A stretch of 63,257 nt of DNA, counting the filler. It is 14 parts of 14 records of this genome, joined end to end, with 100 filler letters (N's around TTAATTAATTAA, not from the genome) between each part and the next. Parts side by side here need not be neighbours in the genome. Positions count along the whole stretch, not along the records: positions 47,184 to 51,506 come from SRR7504441_13790; positions 51,607 to 57,133 come from SRR7504441_13837; positions 57,234 to 63,257 come from SRR7504441_13877; 11 more parts are not named here. One strand, written 5' to 3'. The notes beneath the pieces are model-generated. The model was not told the DNA's origin. It made no database searches and was given only the letters and a program-made list of their open reading frames with translations. Below are positions 47,184 to 57,726 of the stretch, piece by piece (position 1 is the first letter of the stretch; the number at the start of each line of letters is the position of its first letter). A program made the translations under genes and the position numbers.

Positions 47184-48526
47184 CCGTCGGTCCCTCCAAG
47201 CTGGTTCTGGCTGAGATTGACTTCGACCAAGTCGGTGCATATTCCGATCCCGTCCAGGGAACTGATTCTGTTACCCGGCATGCTGACACTCAGTAGCCCG
47301 GTGTACTCGTTCAGCCCAGCCATGTCGCACACCTGCTCGTATGCTAGCGTCAGCTGGGCCGGCTGATCCGATGCCCAACAAGCCGCTGCCTTGTCCAGCT
47401 CCTCACACACTGGGTGCCGCGCCAAGCAGCTTTCCATCTTGGAATTGGCCCAGCCGGCGCACCAATCTCGCCAGTTGACCCCAATCCCCGCACTCCCGGC
47501 CTCCGCACGGCCGCGCCCCCACTTATACAAGCCAAACAGCTGGTCGCGCCCGAGCTCAGCTGCAAGCTTCACAGTCTCAGCATGCCGCTGCTCCTCTTCA
47601 AACCGCCGTGCGGCCTCCCGCCGGCTCGCTTCAAGCTCCGCCTCGAGCTTAAGCTTGGCAGCCGCCCGGCCCGCCGCCGCTCGATCCTCGGCCCGCATCA
47701 TTGCGCTCTCAGCTTGCTCAGCTCGCACCTGCAGCCGGACCTCTTCGGCAAGCCTCTGCTCAGCTGCCATCAGGTGGCGCTCACGCTCGCAGTCACGCCG
47801 CTCCACAGCCACCAGGCGCGCCAGGCGCTCCTCCGCTGCCATCGCGAGCTGCTCACGGAGACGGCTGGCGTCCTGCTCTGCAGCCTCCAGCATCTGCTGG
47901 CTCTCCGCAACCGCGATCGCTATCTGCCGCTGCTCCTCCTGCTCGGCCTGCTCGCACTCGGCCGCCTTCCGGCGGTGGTCGTCCTGCCAGGCCTCCACCG
48001 CCGCCGTCTCCCGGTCCAGCTCGGCGTTCAGCTCGGCCAGCCGGGCCTCCGCCTGCTGCTGCGCCTGCTCCTCCTCAGCCGCCGCCGCCTGTCGGTCCTG
48101 CTCCCACGCCTGCTGGTTGAGCGCATCCCGTCGGGCCCGGGCCTCCTGTGCGGTGGTCCCCTGCTGCTCCCGCTCCAGCTCCCCGGCCGCCGCCAGCGAC
48201 CGCTCGGCCAGATCAAGCAGCGCCAATCCGTCCGCCTGCTCCTCCTCCGCCGGCTCCTCGGGGGCCGGCGCGGGGGCCTCGGCGGCGAGCGCCGCGCTGG
48301 TGGAGGCGGCGATCTGCTGGAGCTCCTCGATCCCGGAGGCCGCCCGGGCCAGCGCCCGGGCCAGCTCCGGGTCAATGAACTCGCCCGGCTCGACCGGCTC
48401 GCCATCCGAGTCGGAGCCGGAGGAGTCGGAGTGCCGATCGGCGATCAGCGCGTCGAACTCGGCGAAGATCTGGACCGCGCTGGTCGGCTCGTCCAGGTCC
48501 TCGAGCGTGACCGCGCCCTCCTCCAT
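47184..48526 (-). CDS. Coiled-coil protein with SDS22-type leucine-rich repeats, 3'-truncated
   Basis: E/A/R/Q-rich helix, then LLSVSMPGNRISSLDGI..CTDLVEVNLSQNQL. Confidence 0.75.
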
Positions 48527-48731
48527 CACGCCGGGCCTACTTCATTGCTTCCAAATGCATTCTACAGGGAGTCCTCAGATTCAGGCGGTTTCGGCAAAAT
48601 TAATCCTGCAAGGCAATCACTCGTCGCTCAACCCATAGGCAAGCCAGGCTTCGCACGCCAACACCGCGGCGGCCCAGTTTTGCAACGTTCGGCTCGGACC
48701 GGCCCGAGCGGCCTGCTCCTCGCCTGCCCCG

Positions 48732-50414
48732 ATGGATTTCTCGGTGATCTTGGCGCTCATCCTCTCGATCGTGGGCAATATCATCAACGCATGGGGCATG
48801 ATCTGTGCGCCCCCCCCCCCCCGCGGCCAGCCGACCAGCGAGCCGGGTTGGGGGGCAGTCATGAAGATAGGGCACGAGATTGTCAACGCGCGCAAGCTCA
48901 AGGACGCGCTACAACGGTACATGGACTTGCGGGCCAAGGAAGAGGCCGGCGAGAAACAAGACATCACGGCCGCCGCGGACGGCGGAACCGGCACGGCCGA
49001 GCTGCGTTCCGATTTCCTGCGCGAGCCCAAGTGGTGGATTGGGATGGCGTTTTACGGCGTAGGCAGCCTGGTGCAGCCCCCGTTGCCCTGAGCGCCGACT
49101 GAGGGGGCGCGCCAGATGCACGTAGCCTCTCTAGGATTCGGGCCGTCGGCGCTGCTCAATCCGATGGAGGGGCTGACGCTGGTGGCGAATACGCTGTCGG
49201 CCCCGCCGTGTCTCGGGGAGGAGATCACGTGGTATGATATCTGGGGCACAATAGTGATCCTGGCGGGCACGCTCTTGGTGCGAGAGCCCAAGCCAAAGGC
49301 GAGTGCTGATCAACGGCCAACGGCAGGTGGTGTTTTTCGGGCCGCACAACTCGGAGGAGTACACTGCGGATGAGATTCTGGAGAAGTTTGCGGGGATTGC
49401 TTTCATTATTTGGAGCGTGTGCATCTGGGGTGCCACCATCGCATGCTACTGCATCTCCAAGTATATAGAGCACATCAATGCACGCGATGGCGTCAAGATG
49501 GACGGCTCGCTCAACCCCAGGGGCTCGATCTTCCTGGCGCTCACTTACACCTCCACCAAGGGCGTCATGGGCGGATATACGGTGCTGCCTCCGCCGGAGA
49601 GAGACCAGGCGACTGACAGTGCGGTGTCCAGATGCTGTTTGGCGCCATGTTCGCCAAGGTCTGCACTGGGGGGGGCGACTTCTACGCCATGTGGGAGACT
49701 TACCTGTTCTTTGTACTCTTTGTCGTATTCAATGTCCTGATGGAGTATTGGCGCCAAAAGGCTCTCAACCTCTTCTCAACAATGTACTGTGTCCCGCTGT
49801 TCCAAGTCACACTGGTGAGCGCCCGACTAGGCCCGGCTCGATCCCCGGCTGCAGGTCATATTCGCTGTGTTCACGGGTGCGATCTTCTTCAATGAGTTTT
49901 CGCAGCTTAACGCACTGGAACTCTCGCTTTTCTTCCTCGGGATTCTGGTGATCTGCGGCGGCGTTGTGATCCTCTCAATCATGACCGAGTCGCGCGCCAT
50001 CACCCCTCCGTTCATGAAGATGAAGGTGCCTCTCTGCAGCTCGAGCTATTGTCTGACTGCCCTTGCCAGGCTGCTTTTATAGCTGTGTTTGCTGTGTTTG
50101 CTCTCAAGGCCGCGATCGACCCCAAAAAGACCAAATCCATTGCGGTCGGTGTCAAGGACGGCGACGAACATCAGCGTGAGAACAACCCTCTTTTGGACAA
50201 GGACAAGGACGAGTTGAGTCCCAACCCACTTCATCCTGCAAACACTGCGACCACCGATTCCGTCGAACTGAAAATCACCGACGGGTCCATGGGCAAGGTC
50301 AACAGCACTCCCCGGAGCACTCCCCGGAGTCAACCATCTGGCATATTTGTTGGCAAGAGAAAGGCGGATCCTGCGGTCGAGAGGCTTTTCAAGCATCTCA
50401 CGCCCGTCGGATGA
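48732..50414 (+). CDS. NIPA-family (DMT superfamily) Mg2+ transporter, multi-intron
   Basis: FLREPKWWIG, ASLGFGPSALLNPM..LTLVAN......LGE, G...ILAG.LL|VV.FGP, KALNLF.....VPLFQV, TGAIFFNEF. Confidence 0.9.
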
Positions 50415-50699
50415 AGCACTCTGTCGCTCTACATGTACATCAATCTAATTCTCTGCTGGAATTTATTCAAAGCCAATGGGCAATATTACAATATATGACT
50501 ACTAAAACTCGTATTACATTGATCACGGCCAAATACTCGTACAAACTCATGACACTTTGACCAATCGAATCTGAGTGTTCAAGCGAGCTCCAACCGCCGT
50601 CCTCTCCCTGCAGCACGCCCCGTCAGCCAGCCCCAAGCCCGGCACCGCACCGCCCTCAATGCCCTTACGATACGCATTGTGCTGAATCTGCCAGCCACT

Positions 50700-51298
50700 G
50701 GTCAATTCCCGGTCTAAGCTATGCTCGTTACCTCCAGCAGCTCAGCCTCCAGCACAGCCATCTCCTCAGCATGCCGCGCCTCCATCGTGCGCGCCAGCCG
50801 CGCATAGTCCTGCCCAGCCTGAGCCCAGGCCCAGGCCAGGCCGGCGCCTCGTCCCAGTCGACCTCAATCGCGTCGGTGTCGTCGGTGACCTCGCTGAACT
50901 TGAAATTGACCCGGACGTCGCCAAACTTGGAGTTGTCGCCCAGTTTGAGCCGGAGGTCGTGTATGGCTATCTGGAGCTCCCGCACCTCCCGCCGGTGCCG
51001 CTCTTCCATCGATTCTATCAGCATCTGGCCCCCCGTGAGCCCCCCCAAGCCCCGATCCCACCAGAAGCCGCTCTTCGTCCGTCAAGTGGGACATTTCCAT
51101 TTCCTGCCCGCCAGCCTCCAGCCCGGCCCGGCCCGGCACGCGCACCTCCTCGTACAGGCTCTTGCCGGACTCGCCCTTTGTTGTCTTTTTGAGCCAGGCG
51201 CGGGCGGCCAGGATCTTCTGCCGGGTGACGAAGTCGCCGGACGAGTCAATCTCGGCCAGCTTGCGCAGCGCGGCCTTCTCGTAGTCCCGATAGCTCAT
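50700..51298 (-). CDS. Small spliced hypothetical coiled-coil protein (3' end approximate)
   Basis: ORFs 50864-51298 and 50728-51048 linked by short GT-AG introns. Confidence 0.45.
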
Positions 51299-51629
51299 CG
51301 GGACCGCCCGAGTGTAGGCCCGGCTGGTGTAGGCCTGCCCCCAGCTCTCAGCGCACCCTACTCAACGGCTCACCATCGTTACGCAACGCAGCAACGGACT
51401 CGTACAACGGTCACTTCGACACCGGGCCGGAATCCCTTGGAAGATGGAGCTGGGTGGGGACACGCGGACTCCGCTGTTGACCGAGGATTCGGCGGGGGGG
51501 CAACCCNNNNNNNNNNNNNNNNNNNNNNNNNNNNNNNNNNNNNNNNNNNNTTAATTAATTAANNNNNNNNNNNNNNNNNNNNNNNNNNNNNNNNNNNNNN
51601 NNNNNNCTGGGGCTGCAATTGCAATTCCT

Positions 51630-54600
51630 ATGCAAGATGGGCGAGTTGTGAGCAGTCACGATGTGCACAGGCTGTCGGTCTGCTTGCCATGCATATTGGG
51701 ACTACAAAAGCAGGCCATTGCAGGCAGCAAAGGGAAGAATGTTGTGGCGATGCCACCGTCAGCAACAACGTGGGGGGCACGGCTTCGTTGGGAATTTGCT
51801 CTGGTGCAAGCGTTTGGCGTCACCTACCCCAATAAGGAGGTCCAGCGACTTCCTGTGAGTGCCATGCTCTTCGAAGTATTGCACGCAGTGGCAGAGTACA
51901 GGGATAGCCGTGATACAAAGACGCTTCAGGTGTTTAGTTCTCTGTTGGGGGTATACGAGCAGAGGATGGGTACTCTAATCCCGGCGCTGCGTGCAGCCGG
52001 GGATGATTCTGAGAGACCCGAGGACTTTCTGCTGGAGGCCCGGCCCTGCGCAAGCTTATTTTCGTCGTCTTGCTCTCCGAGGTACATTGATCAGCTGATG
52101 CAATTCATGGGCGTCACGCTCTCTGACCCACCATTGTATCACGATACAAAGTGCGTTCTTCAAGATGGTCTGGGAATGCTGCAGCTTCAGACAGTAGGCT
52201 CTCGAGATCGAGCCAGCAGCGAGCTCTTTGGCGAAGGTCACAACGAGCAAGCGGCGCCACCGGAAGAGATGGAGACAGATGCAGAGTGCAATCCAGAACA
52301 CCACGATGCTGATGATGACCAAGCAATGGCGCCCCCGGAGGAGGCCGAGGCTTGTGATCAGGCAGTGTGGGAGGTGCTCTCTTCCGTGTTGGGCTTTCGG
52401 CATTCGTTCCATCCCAGCCATTGCCCATGGGTTCTGTATTCTGCACTGACCCCAATGCTTTTGGATGGGCAAAAAATGACAAGCACCGCTGAGCATGTTC
52501 AGCCGTTCCTCCGCGAGTTGGCAAGAACAGCAGTAGCGGAGAGCAGCGCCGAGATCTGGGCTCACGCTGAGAAAGCGTCTGGCTTTTGGCTTGACGATGG
52601 CTTTGAGCCATTGGATCGATGTGTCTGGGGGTGCTCTGGCGACTCCCCAATCTGGCGTGCTCTACTTGCTATAGGCTGCAGGGCTGGGCCGGTGGTGGCG
52701 CTGGAGCCTGTTCTGCGTGGCATGATCGGGGAGACTTCGTCCTCAGTCCTGTTGCCGCTGGAAAAACGCTGCCTAGCCGGGCTGCCGCATGCAACTGATG
52801 TTGAAATGATGCTGAATGGTACTCTGCCGTGGCTGCTCGAGCTCAGCAGCGTGCCTGGCGACGAAACGGTGCCGCAGCAAGAGTACTGCTGGTCGGAGGA
52901 GATCAAGAGCTGTTACTCAGCAGTGGTCGACACCATTGTGAATGGCGGTTTCCCTCGTGGCAAACGCTTGGAAGTGCCTGTGCTCTCCGCCAACCTGAAC
53001 CTGTGCCATATTGTGGTGGATGGTGGCTTCAACCGGTTACTCACACGTGAGGCAGAGGCGCTCGTTGTGCTACCAGACGCGCATAACTGGCCGGCTTCGA
53101 CTGAACTCGTGTTGGCCCACTTTGGCTCCCGTTGTCTTCATCCATCTCTCGCAAGCCTGTTCTCTCCGATTGCAGAACGACAGAGCGTGAGCCTTGAGTC
53201 CCCCAGAGTCCGCGTCCAGCGCTCCCTGAAGAGCTGTCTGCGGATCGTTGCTACGAACGAACAAAGCACAGACGATGAGATGTGGAGTCTAATCGGCGAG
53301 GTACAGGGCAGGTCCATTTCGCCTGGTGCGTCCGACTTGGACTGGAGCAATCGATGCTCAGATGCTGACAATTGGGATTTGCTTCTGTGGGCAGCCATCA
53401 GGTGCGCTTCTCAATGGCACCGCATGCAGACCACAGGGGCGCCACAAGACGCCAGTCGGTACCAGGAGACGCTCTCACGCACCCGGCGCATGGTGCCCTT
53501 CATCACTGAGACTTCGTACGCAGACCCTGACGGCGAGCCTTGGTCTTTTATCGACATGCAGCCGGTAGGTGGAGCTGTGGTGCTCCTGCGAACTTTATTT
53601 GGCTTCAATCTATGGGGTAACCTCGACGGACTTTCGCTTCGTGGCCACCCCCCAAACTGCACTGCCGATATTCCTACAGGGATCCTCTTTGCTTGTGCCG
53701 CTAACCGCAGGATAGAAGATACCTTCCCTGCCTTTCCCGAGCACGTCGACCGTGAGTTGCTTACTTTGATCTGGGAGTGGTTTCTCCTAGAGGTGGCGGG
53801 AGCTGCGCCGCCTGCCGTGCTTTGGGCGACCTCCCAAGAGCCTGTCGCAAGCTGGGCTCGACCAAGAATTAGAGCCGCTGCTGAGGAGTTGGTGGGTGAA
53901 GATAGCAGCACCAGTTCAATCGAGGCCGCATTGTTGGAATCGGTATTGGCCCACACCCAGATCGAGGTGCTCCTCGAGGATATGGACGCTGCAGATGAGG
54001 CGCGGCGTGCAACGGCGCGGCAGCAGGCCGAGAGGCGCCGTCAGGAGCGGGAGGCAGCCGAGCTGCATCGCAGGCAGGAGGCAGAAGCTCGGGCGCGAGA
54101 TCAGGAGGCCCGGCGTAGCCAACAGGCATCAGCCCGTCAGCAGCGTCAGCGTCGCCAGGTCCAGCTACAACGCGAGCGAGAGGAGCTTGAGGAGCAGCTT
54201 GACGAGCTTGGACTTATCCACCAACAGGCAGCCAGCTCGGATCCGCCTGCAGCCGCCGCCATCCAGCTCGTGGGAGCTCATGCCCGCCGTGTGGTTGCAG
54301 CCAGTGGCAACAGCGAGCCAGTAAGGCAGCACACTGCAGCTCCGATGATGCGCGAGTCCCAGGTGCGGGGCAAGCTCATCCGATTCCTTGCTGGGATGCG
54401 GCATTATGAGCGGCAGCAAGCAGACATCGACAAGCCGCTACCACCAGTGCTTTGTGATTTTATCGCGTGGTCTGGGAATTTCCTGGCTGCGGGCGAGGGC
54501 AGCAGCAGACGAAACAACAGCTCTGGTTTGGTTGAACGTCAAGACGATGTGGCGAGTGTTCACTCGGCAGCGCGGCGCTTTGTGGGGCGAGGCGGCGGTG

Positions 54601-54833
54601 GAAACGATGGGGCTGCTGCAGAGGGGCTAGAGGCGGAGGTTTGCCCTATTTGTCTTCAGGATCTTGCTGATACTTCTGCCTATGAGAATCTCGGAGAGCC
54701 TGTGTGGACGGGCTGCCGCCACAGATTCCACGCTGTATGCTTTGCCCAACACATGGAGAGTAGTCTTCAAGATCCTTGGTGTCCTGTGTGTCGTGGTACA
54801 GACGTTACGATCCGATTCAAGGCTCCCAGCTAG
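51630..54833 (+). CDS. Large protein with C-terminal RING-H2 finger (putative E3 ligase), 5'-truncated, intronless
   Basis: CPICLQDL...CRHRFHAVC.......PWCPVCR, preceded by a coiled coil. Confidence 0.8.
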   Translation: MQDGRVVSSHDVHRLSVCLPCILGLQKQAIAGSKGKNVVAMPPSATTWGARLRWEFALVQAFGVTYPNKEVQRLPVSAMLFEVLHAVAEYRDSRDTKTLQVFSSLLGVYEQRMGTLIPALRAAGDDSERPEDFLLEARPCASLFSSSCSPRYIDQLMQFMGVTLSDPPLYHDTKCVLQDGLGMLQLQTVGSRDRASSELFGEGHNEQAAPPEEMETDAECNPEHHDADDDQAMAPPEEAEACDQAVWEVLSSVLGFRHSFHPSHCPWVLYSALTPMLLDGQKMTSTAEHVQPFLRELARTAVAESSAEIWAHAEKASGFWLDDGFEPLDRCVWGCSGDSPIWRALLAIGCRAGPVVALEPVLRGMIGETSSSVLLPLEKRCLAGLPHATDVEMMLNGTLPWLLELSSVPGDETVPQQEYCWSEEIKSCYSAVVDTIVNGGFPRGKRLEVPVLSANLNLCHIVVDGGFNRLLTREAEALVVLPDAHNWPASTELVLAHFGSRCLHPSLASLFSPIAERQSVSLESPRVRVQRSLKSCLRIVATNEQSTDDEMWSLIGEVQGRSISPGASDLDWSNRCSDADNWDLLLWAAIRCASQWHRMQTTGAPQDASRYQETLSRTRRMVPFITETSYADPDGEPWSFIDMQPVGGAVVLLRTLFGFNLWGNLDGLSLRGHPPNCTADIPTGILFACAANRRIEDTFPAFPEHVDRELLTLIWEWFLLEVAGAAPPAVLWATSQEPVASWARPRIRAAAEELVGEDSSTSSIEAALLESVLAHTQIEVLLEDMDAADEARRATARQQAERRRQEREAAELHRRQEAEARARDQEARRSQQASARQQRQRRQVQLQREREELEEQLDELGLIHQQAASSDPPAAAAIQLVGAHARRVVAASGNSEPVRQHTAAPMMRESQVRGKLIRFLAGMRHYERQQADIDKPLPPVLCDFIAWSGNFLAAGEGSSRRNNSSGLVERQDDVASVHSAARRFVGRGGGGNDGAAAEGLEAEVCPICLQDLADTSAYENLGEPVWTGCRHRFHAVCFAQHMESSLQDPWCPVCRGTDVTIRFKAPS

Positions 54834-54990
54834 CTAGTTTCACCTCTAATATAACGTAAGTACACGTATAGAACTCAACCGCTATTAACACCGTCCTCGT
54901 TAGGATAGTGTTGCATTCCGTACGAGTACCGTACGAGTACTAGCTATTAGTACTACATGTACCGTAGCACTGTGCGGTTAGAATACGACG

Positions 54991-55110
54991 GTATGATCAA
55001 TAATCACGTATACGTATTAATGTAATCACGTCTATTTGCCAAAGCATTTGACACTAGTTTGACACAGAATTGCCACTCACCTGTCTCCACAATCATCATA
55101 CGATATTGAT
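54991..55110 (-). repeat. Degenerate duplicate of the last ~20 codons, stop and 3' UTR start of the PAS-S59 gene (source about 55411-55490)
   Basis: ATCACGTCTATTTGCCAAAGCATTTGACAC is identical at 55025 and 55423 and continues GAATTGCCACTCACC.GTCTCCACA. Confidence 0.9.
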
Positions 55111-55429
55111 CCTATAGACTCTTCGCTTCAAGAGACAGATTTTTTACAGTTTGTTTCATTATTCTTTATTACAAGTACTTGTATCTTATTACAGTACCTC
55201 TCAAACTCAACTATCCACCTCAGTTCGGTGTACTCGTACCAGTCCTCGTAGGGACAGTGAGTGTCAGGCTGTCAGTGTTGCATTAATTTTAGTCCCTAGT
55301 ACTGCGTATTCCATAGTACCGGTACGTATACCGGCCGGCATAGTCACTACCGGCTCAGTCAGGCTAGCAGTGCTAGTACTACAGACTTCGTAGCATTATG
55401 TTGTAATATCGTATGATCGATCATCACGT

Positions 55430-57133
55430 CTATTTGCCAAAGCATTTGACACGGAATTGCCACTCACCAGTCTCCACATCATACGCTATCAAATGTGCCT
55501 TGGCTTTTGCGGTTGCAGTTCGAACTTTTTCTGCAAACCGTTGCTTGTCATCTCGGGTGACGGTTCCAATCCTCTTTGTTGGCACGATATTCTCTAGCGT
55601 AATAACGCACGGTACGTTCAGCCCTTGTCCCCGTGCTGGCTGTTGGTCTCGAGGAGTACCATTCACCTTTCTGTCATAAACAGCCACCTTTCCATGCTCA
55701 ATGGACACATCACGATCGAGGTTTTGGCCATTCAAGTTGACCATGGCCTGGAACTCTAGCATACCATAACCAACTCGCCAAATTTTGAAATTTTCAACAT
55801 AACTGCGCTCATCTGGAGTCATGGACTCGAGCTCAGCAATTGTAGGTAGACAATTGTAACCGCTCTTGGTTAAAACTGGTGCCCGCTCCGAGTTAGCTTC
55901 GGGTCGATGCCGTTGGTTAGAATGGGAATGGTGGCCATCCTCATTAGTTGAGTGGACCTGCAGAGAGTGCGCGACGTCTTGAGCGTGCTGCACTTTGGCC
56001 TCGTCACCGCTCTTCATCGGACTTACATTCATGACCACCTCAAGTTCAGCACCGTCGCTAGTCTGCAGGGTGGACTGCATTACAGACAAGGGGTCGCCTT
56101 TCACTGCCTCACGTAATATATGGCGGGCATCCTTGCGGCATTCTGGCCTCATCAGGGGTCCAACAAGGGGCACTCGGTCCATTCTACTGTGCTCAAAGCC
56201 GAGCGTGTCGGCAGCAAAGTCATTGCAGCCTAAGATTTCACCTCGGTTGTTGGTGACCCATGCCATCACCTCAGTGTCACCAACCAAAGGAGCAACATTT
56301 GCCATATCCATAGTAACAGCACTCATAACAGTCTGGGTTGGCTTGAGGATGACACCAATTACTCTCTTGAACCAGGCCATGCCCTGTGCTTTGGACCACT
56401 TTGGCATAGTATCCACATTTATTCGAGTTACGGCTCCCAAGCTGTTAACAAAAGGAATGCTTGCGCCGTGTGTGCTATGCCCCTGTGATGTCCACTCAAT
56501 CAATTTCTGTACACTCTCCCGCCCGGCTAGAGACACAAGCTGAGCGTCAAAATGCATCCCTATCAAGTCCGCGGGCTTCTTGTATTCAAGCCGACGGCAT
56601 GCTCGGATATTACAATCTACTACAATTGAGGACATGTCAAGCTCCATCCAGACGGAAGAGTAGATAGATGAATCGATTTCACTCGGGGTTACCACCACAG
56701 CAATCACAGACGAGCCCTCGCCATTAGTCCACCTTGGAGCAAAGTCCACATCCATGTGAACAACTTTTCCAGGCTTGGTCAAAAAGGGTGTAGGCACATT
56801 TTTCAAGGTATTCCCTTCCAGAACCGCCTCAAACTCTTTGACTAATTCCACAGTACCCTCAGCAGGAACAACGTCTCTATCAAACTGAAGACCAATCAAT
56901 TGGTCTTGACTGCTGTACTCAAGCTGCGTACAAGCAGCGGAATTACACTCTAGAACTGCGAGCGCAAGGTCGACGACCATCCATGCTGAAAAATCACCTA
57001 AATCATGATCCTCGGCATTCTGAGGATCAAGAATATCTGATACAACTGCAACAGTTGGCTCGCCGTCATTCCAAGGGGTAGCATCATCTGTTGCCAACTT
57101 CCGATCCATCACCACCACCACTCCTGGATCGCC
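55430..57133 (-). CDS. Multi-PAS protein with C-terminal Nup98/Nup145-type autoproteolytic (peptidase S59, Nucleoporin2) domain; 5'-truncated, intronless
   Basis: Three PAS-like repeats (e.g. VDLALAVLECNSAACTQLEYS..QLIG). APD motifs PVLTKSGY...PT..EL..M, VENF.I.R.GYG...F, LD..V.I....V.VY, G.GLN....ITL and YD..TG.W.F.V..F. Confidence 0.85.
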   Translation of the reverse strand, partial: GDPGVVVVMDRKLATDDATPWNDGEPTVAVVSDILDPQNAEDHDLGDFSAWMVVDLALAVLECNSAACTQLEYSSQDQLIGLQFDRDVVPAEGTVELVKEFEAVLEGNTLKNVPTPFLTKPGKVVHMDVDFAPRWTNGEGSSVIAVVVTPSEIDSSIYSSVWMELDMSSIVVDCNIRACRRLEYKKPADLIGMHFDAQLVSLAGRESVQKLIEWTSQGHSTHGASIPFVNSLGAVTRINVDTMPKWSKAQGMAWFKRVIGVILKPTQTVMSAVTMDMANVAPLVGDTEVMAWVTNNRGEILGCNDFAADTLGFEHSRMDRVPLVGPLMRPECRKDARHILREAVKGDPLSVMQSTLQTSDGAELEVVMNVSPMKSGDEAKVQHAQDVAHSLQVHSTNEDGHHSHSNQRHRPEANSERAPVLTKSGYNCLPTIAELESMTPDERSYVENFKIWRVGYGMLEFQAMVNLNGQNLDRDVSIEHGKVAVYDRKVNGTPRDQQPARGQGLNVPCVITLENIVPTKRIGTVTRDDKQRFAEKVRTATAKAKAHLIAYDVETGEWQFRVKCFGK

Positions 57134-57726
57134 NNNNNNNNNNNNNNNNNNNNNNNNNNNNNNNNNNNNNNNNNNNNTTAATTAATTAANNNNNNNNNNN
57201 NNNNNNNNNNNNNNNNNNNNNNNNNNNNNNNNNTGTTTGCGGAAGTAGCGATGTACAGTCAGACATCGAGCGCATTGCAGAGCTCTGGAGTTCTACTGGA
57301 CGTGCAGGCTGGGCAGCTCCGAAAGGTGCATGCGGACCTACTCAAGGAGTGGGTCAGGCTGAAGCGGCTGCACCAGGTGGGCCGGCAGGTCATGGGCGCG
57401 CTCAACCAAGTCGCGTTAGAGCTCAGACATGAAGCGTAGTGCCTTGAAACCATAAAAAATAAATGCACTGCTCTAGCTCCCACAATGCACAGTCGTATAC
57501 CGTACGTACATTTACTAGACATACTAGGCGCAGCTGCAGCTGCTTTTTTTGCGCGTGCCCACTTTTCTGTAGATTTTTACATTTAGGTGTGACCTGGTAC
57601 CTGGTACTTGTAAATACATAGTACTAAAAATACCTCAGTTCGCTCAATACGCGCTTCATGATCAGTGAAAGTTGATGAAACTTGCAGGTTCATTGGGAAG
57701 AACGTGCGGACCTGGACCGGAGGCCG

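Noticed and set aside
47391-49102. Long antisense ORFs (415 and 562 aa; similar ones at 22248, 29256, 37242)
   Set aside because: Shadow frames of GC-rich coding sequence on the opposite strand, with no recognisable motifs of their own.
54991-55490. Gene 3' end plus nearby near-identical copy resembling a DGR VR/TR pair
   Set aside because: Differences are indels and mixed substitutions, not adenine-specific, and no reverse transcriptase is present on the contig.
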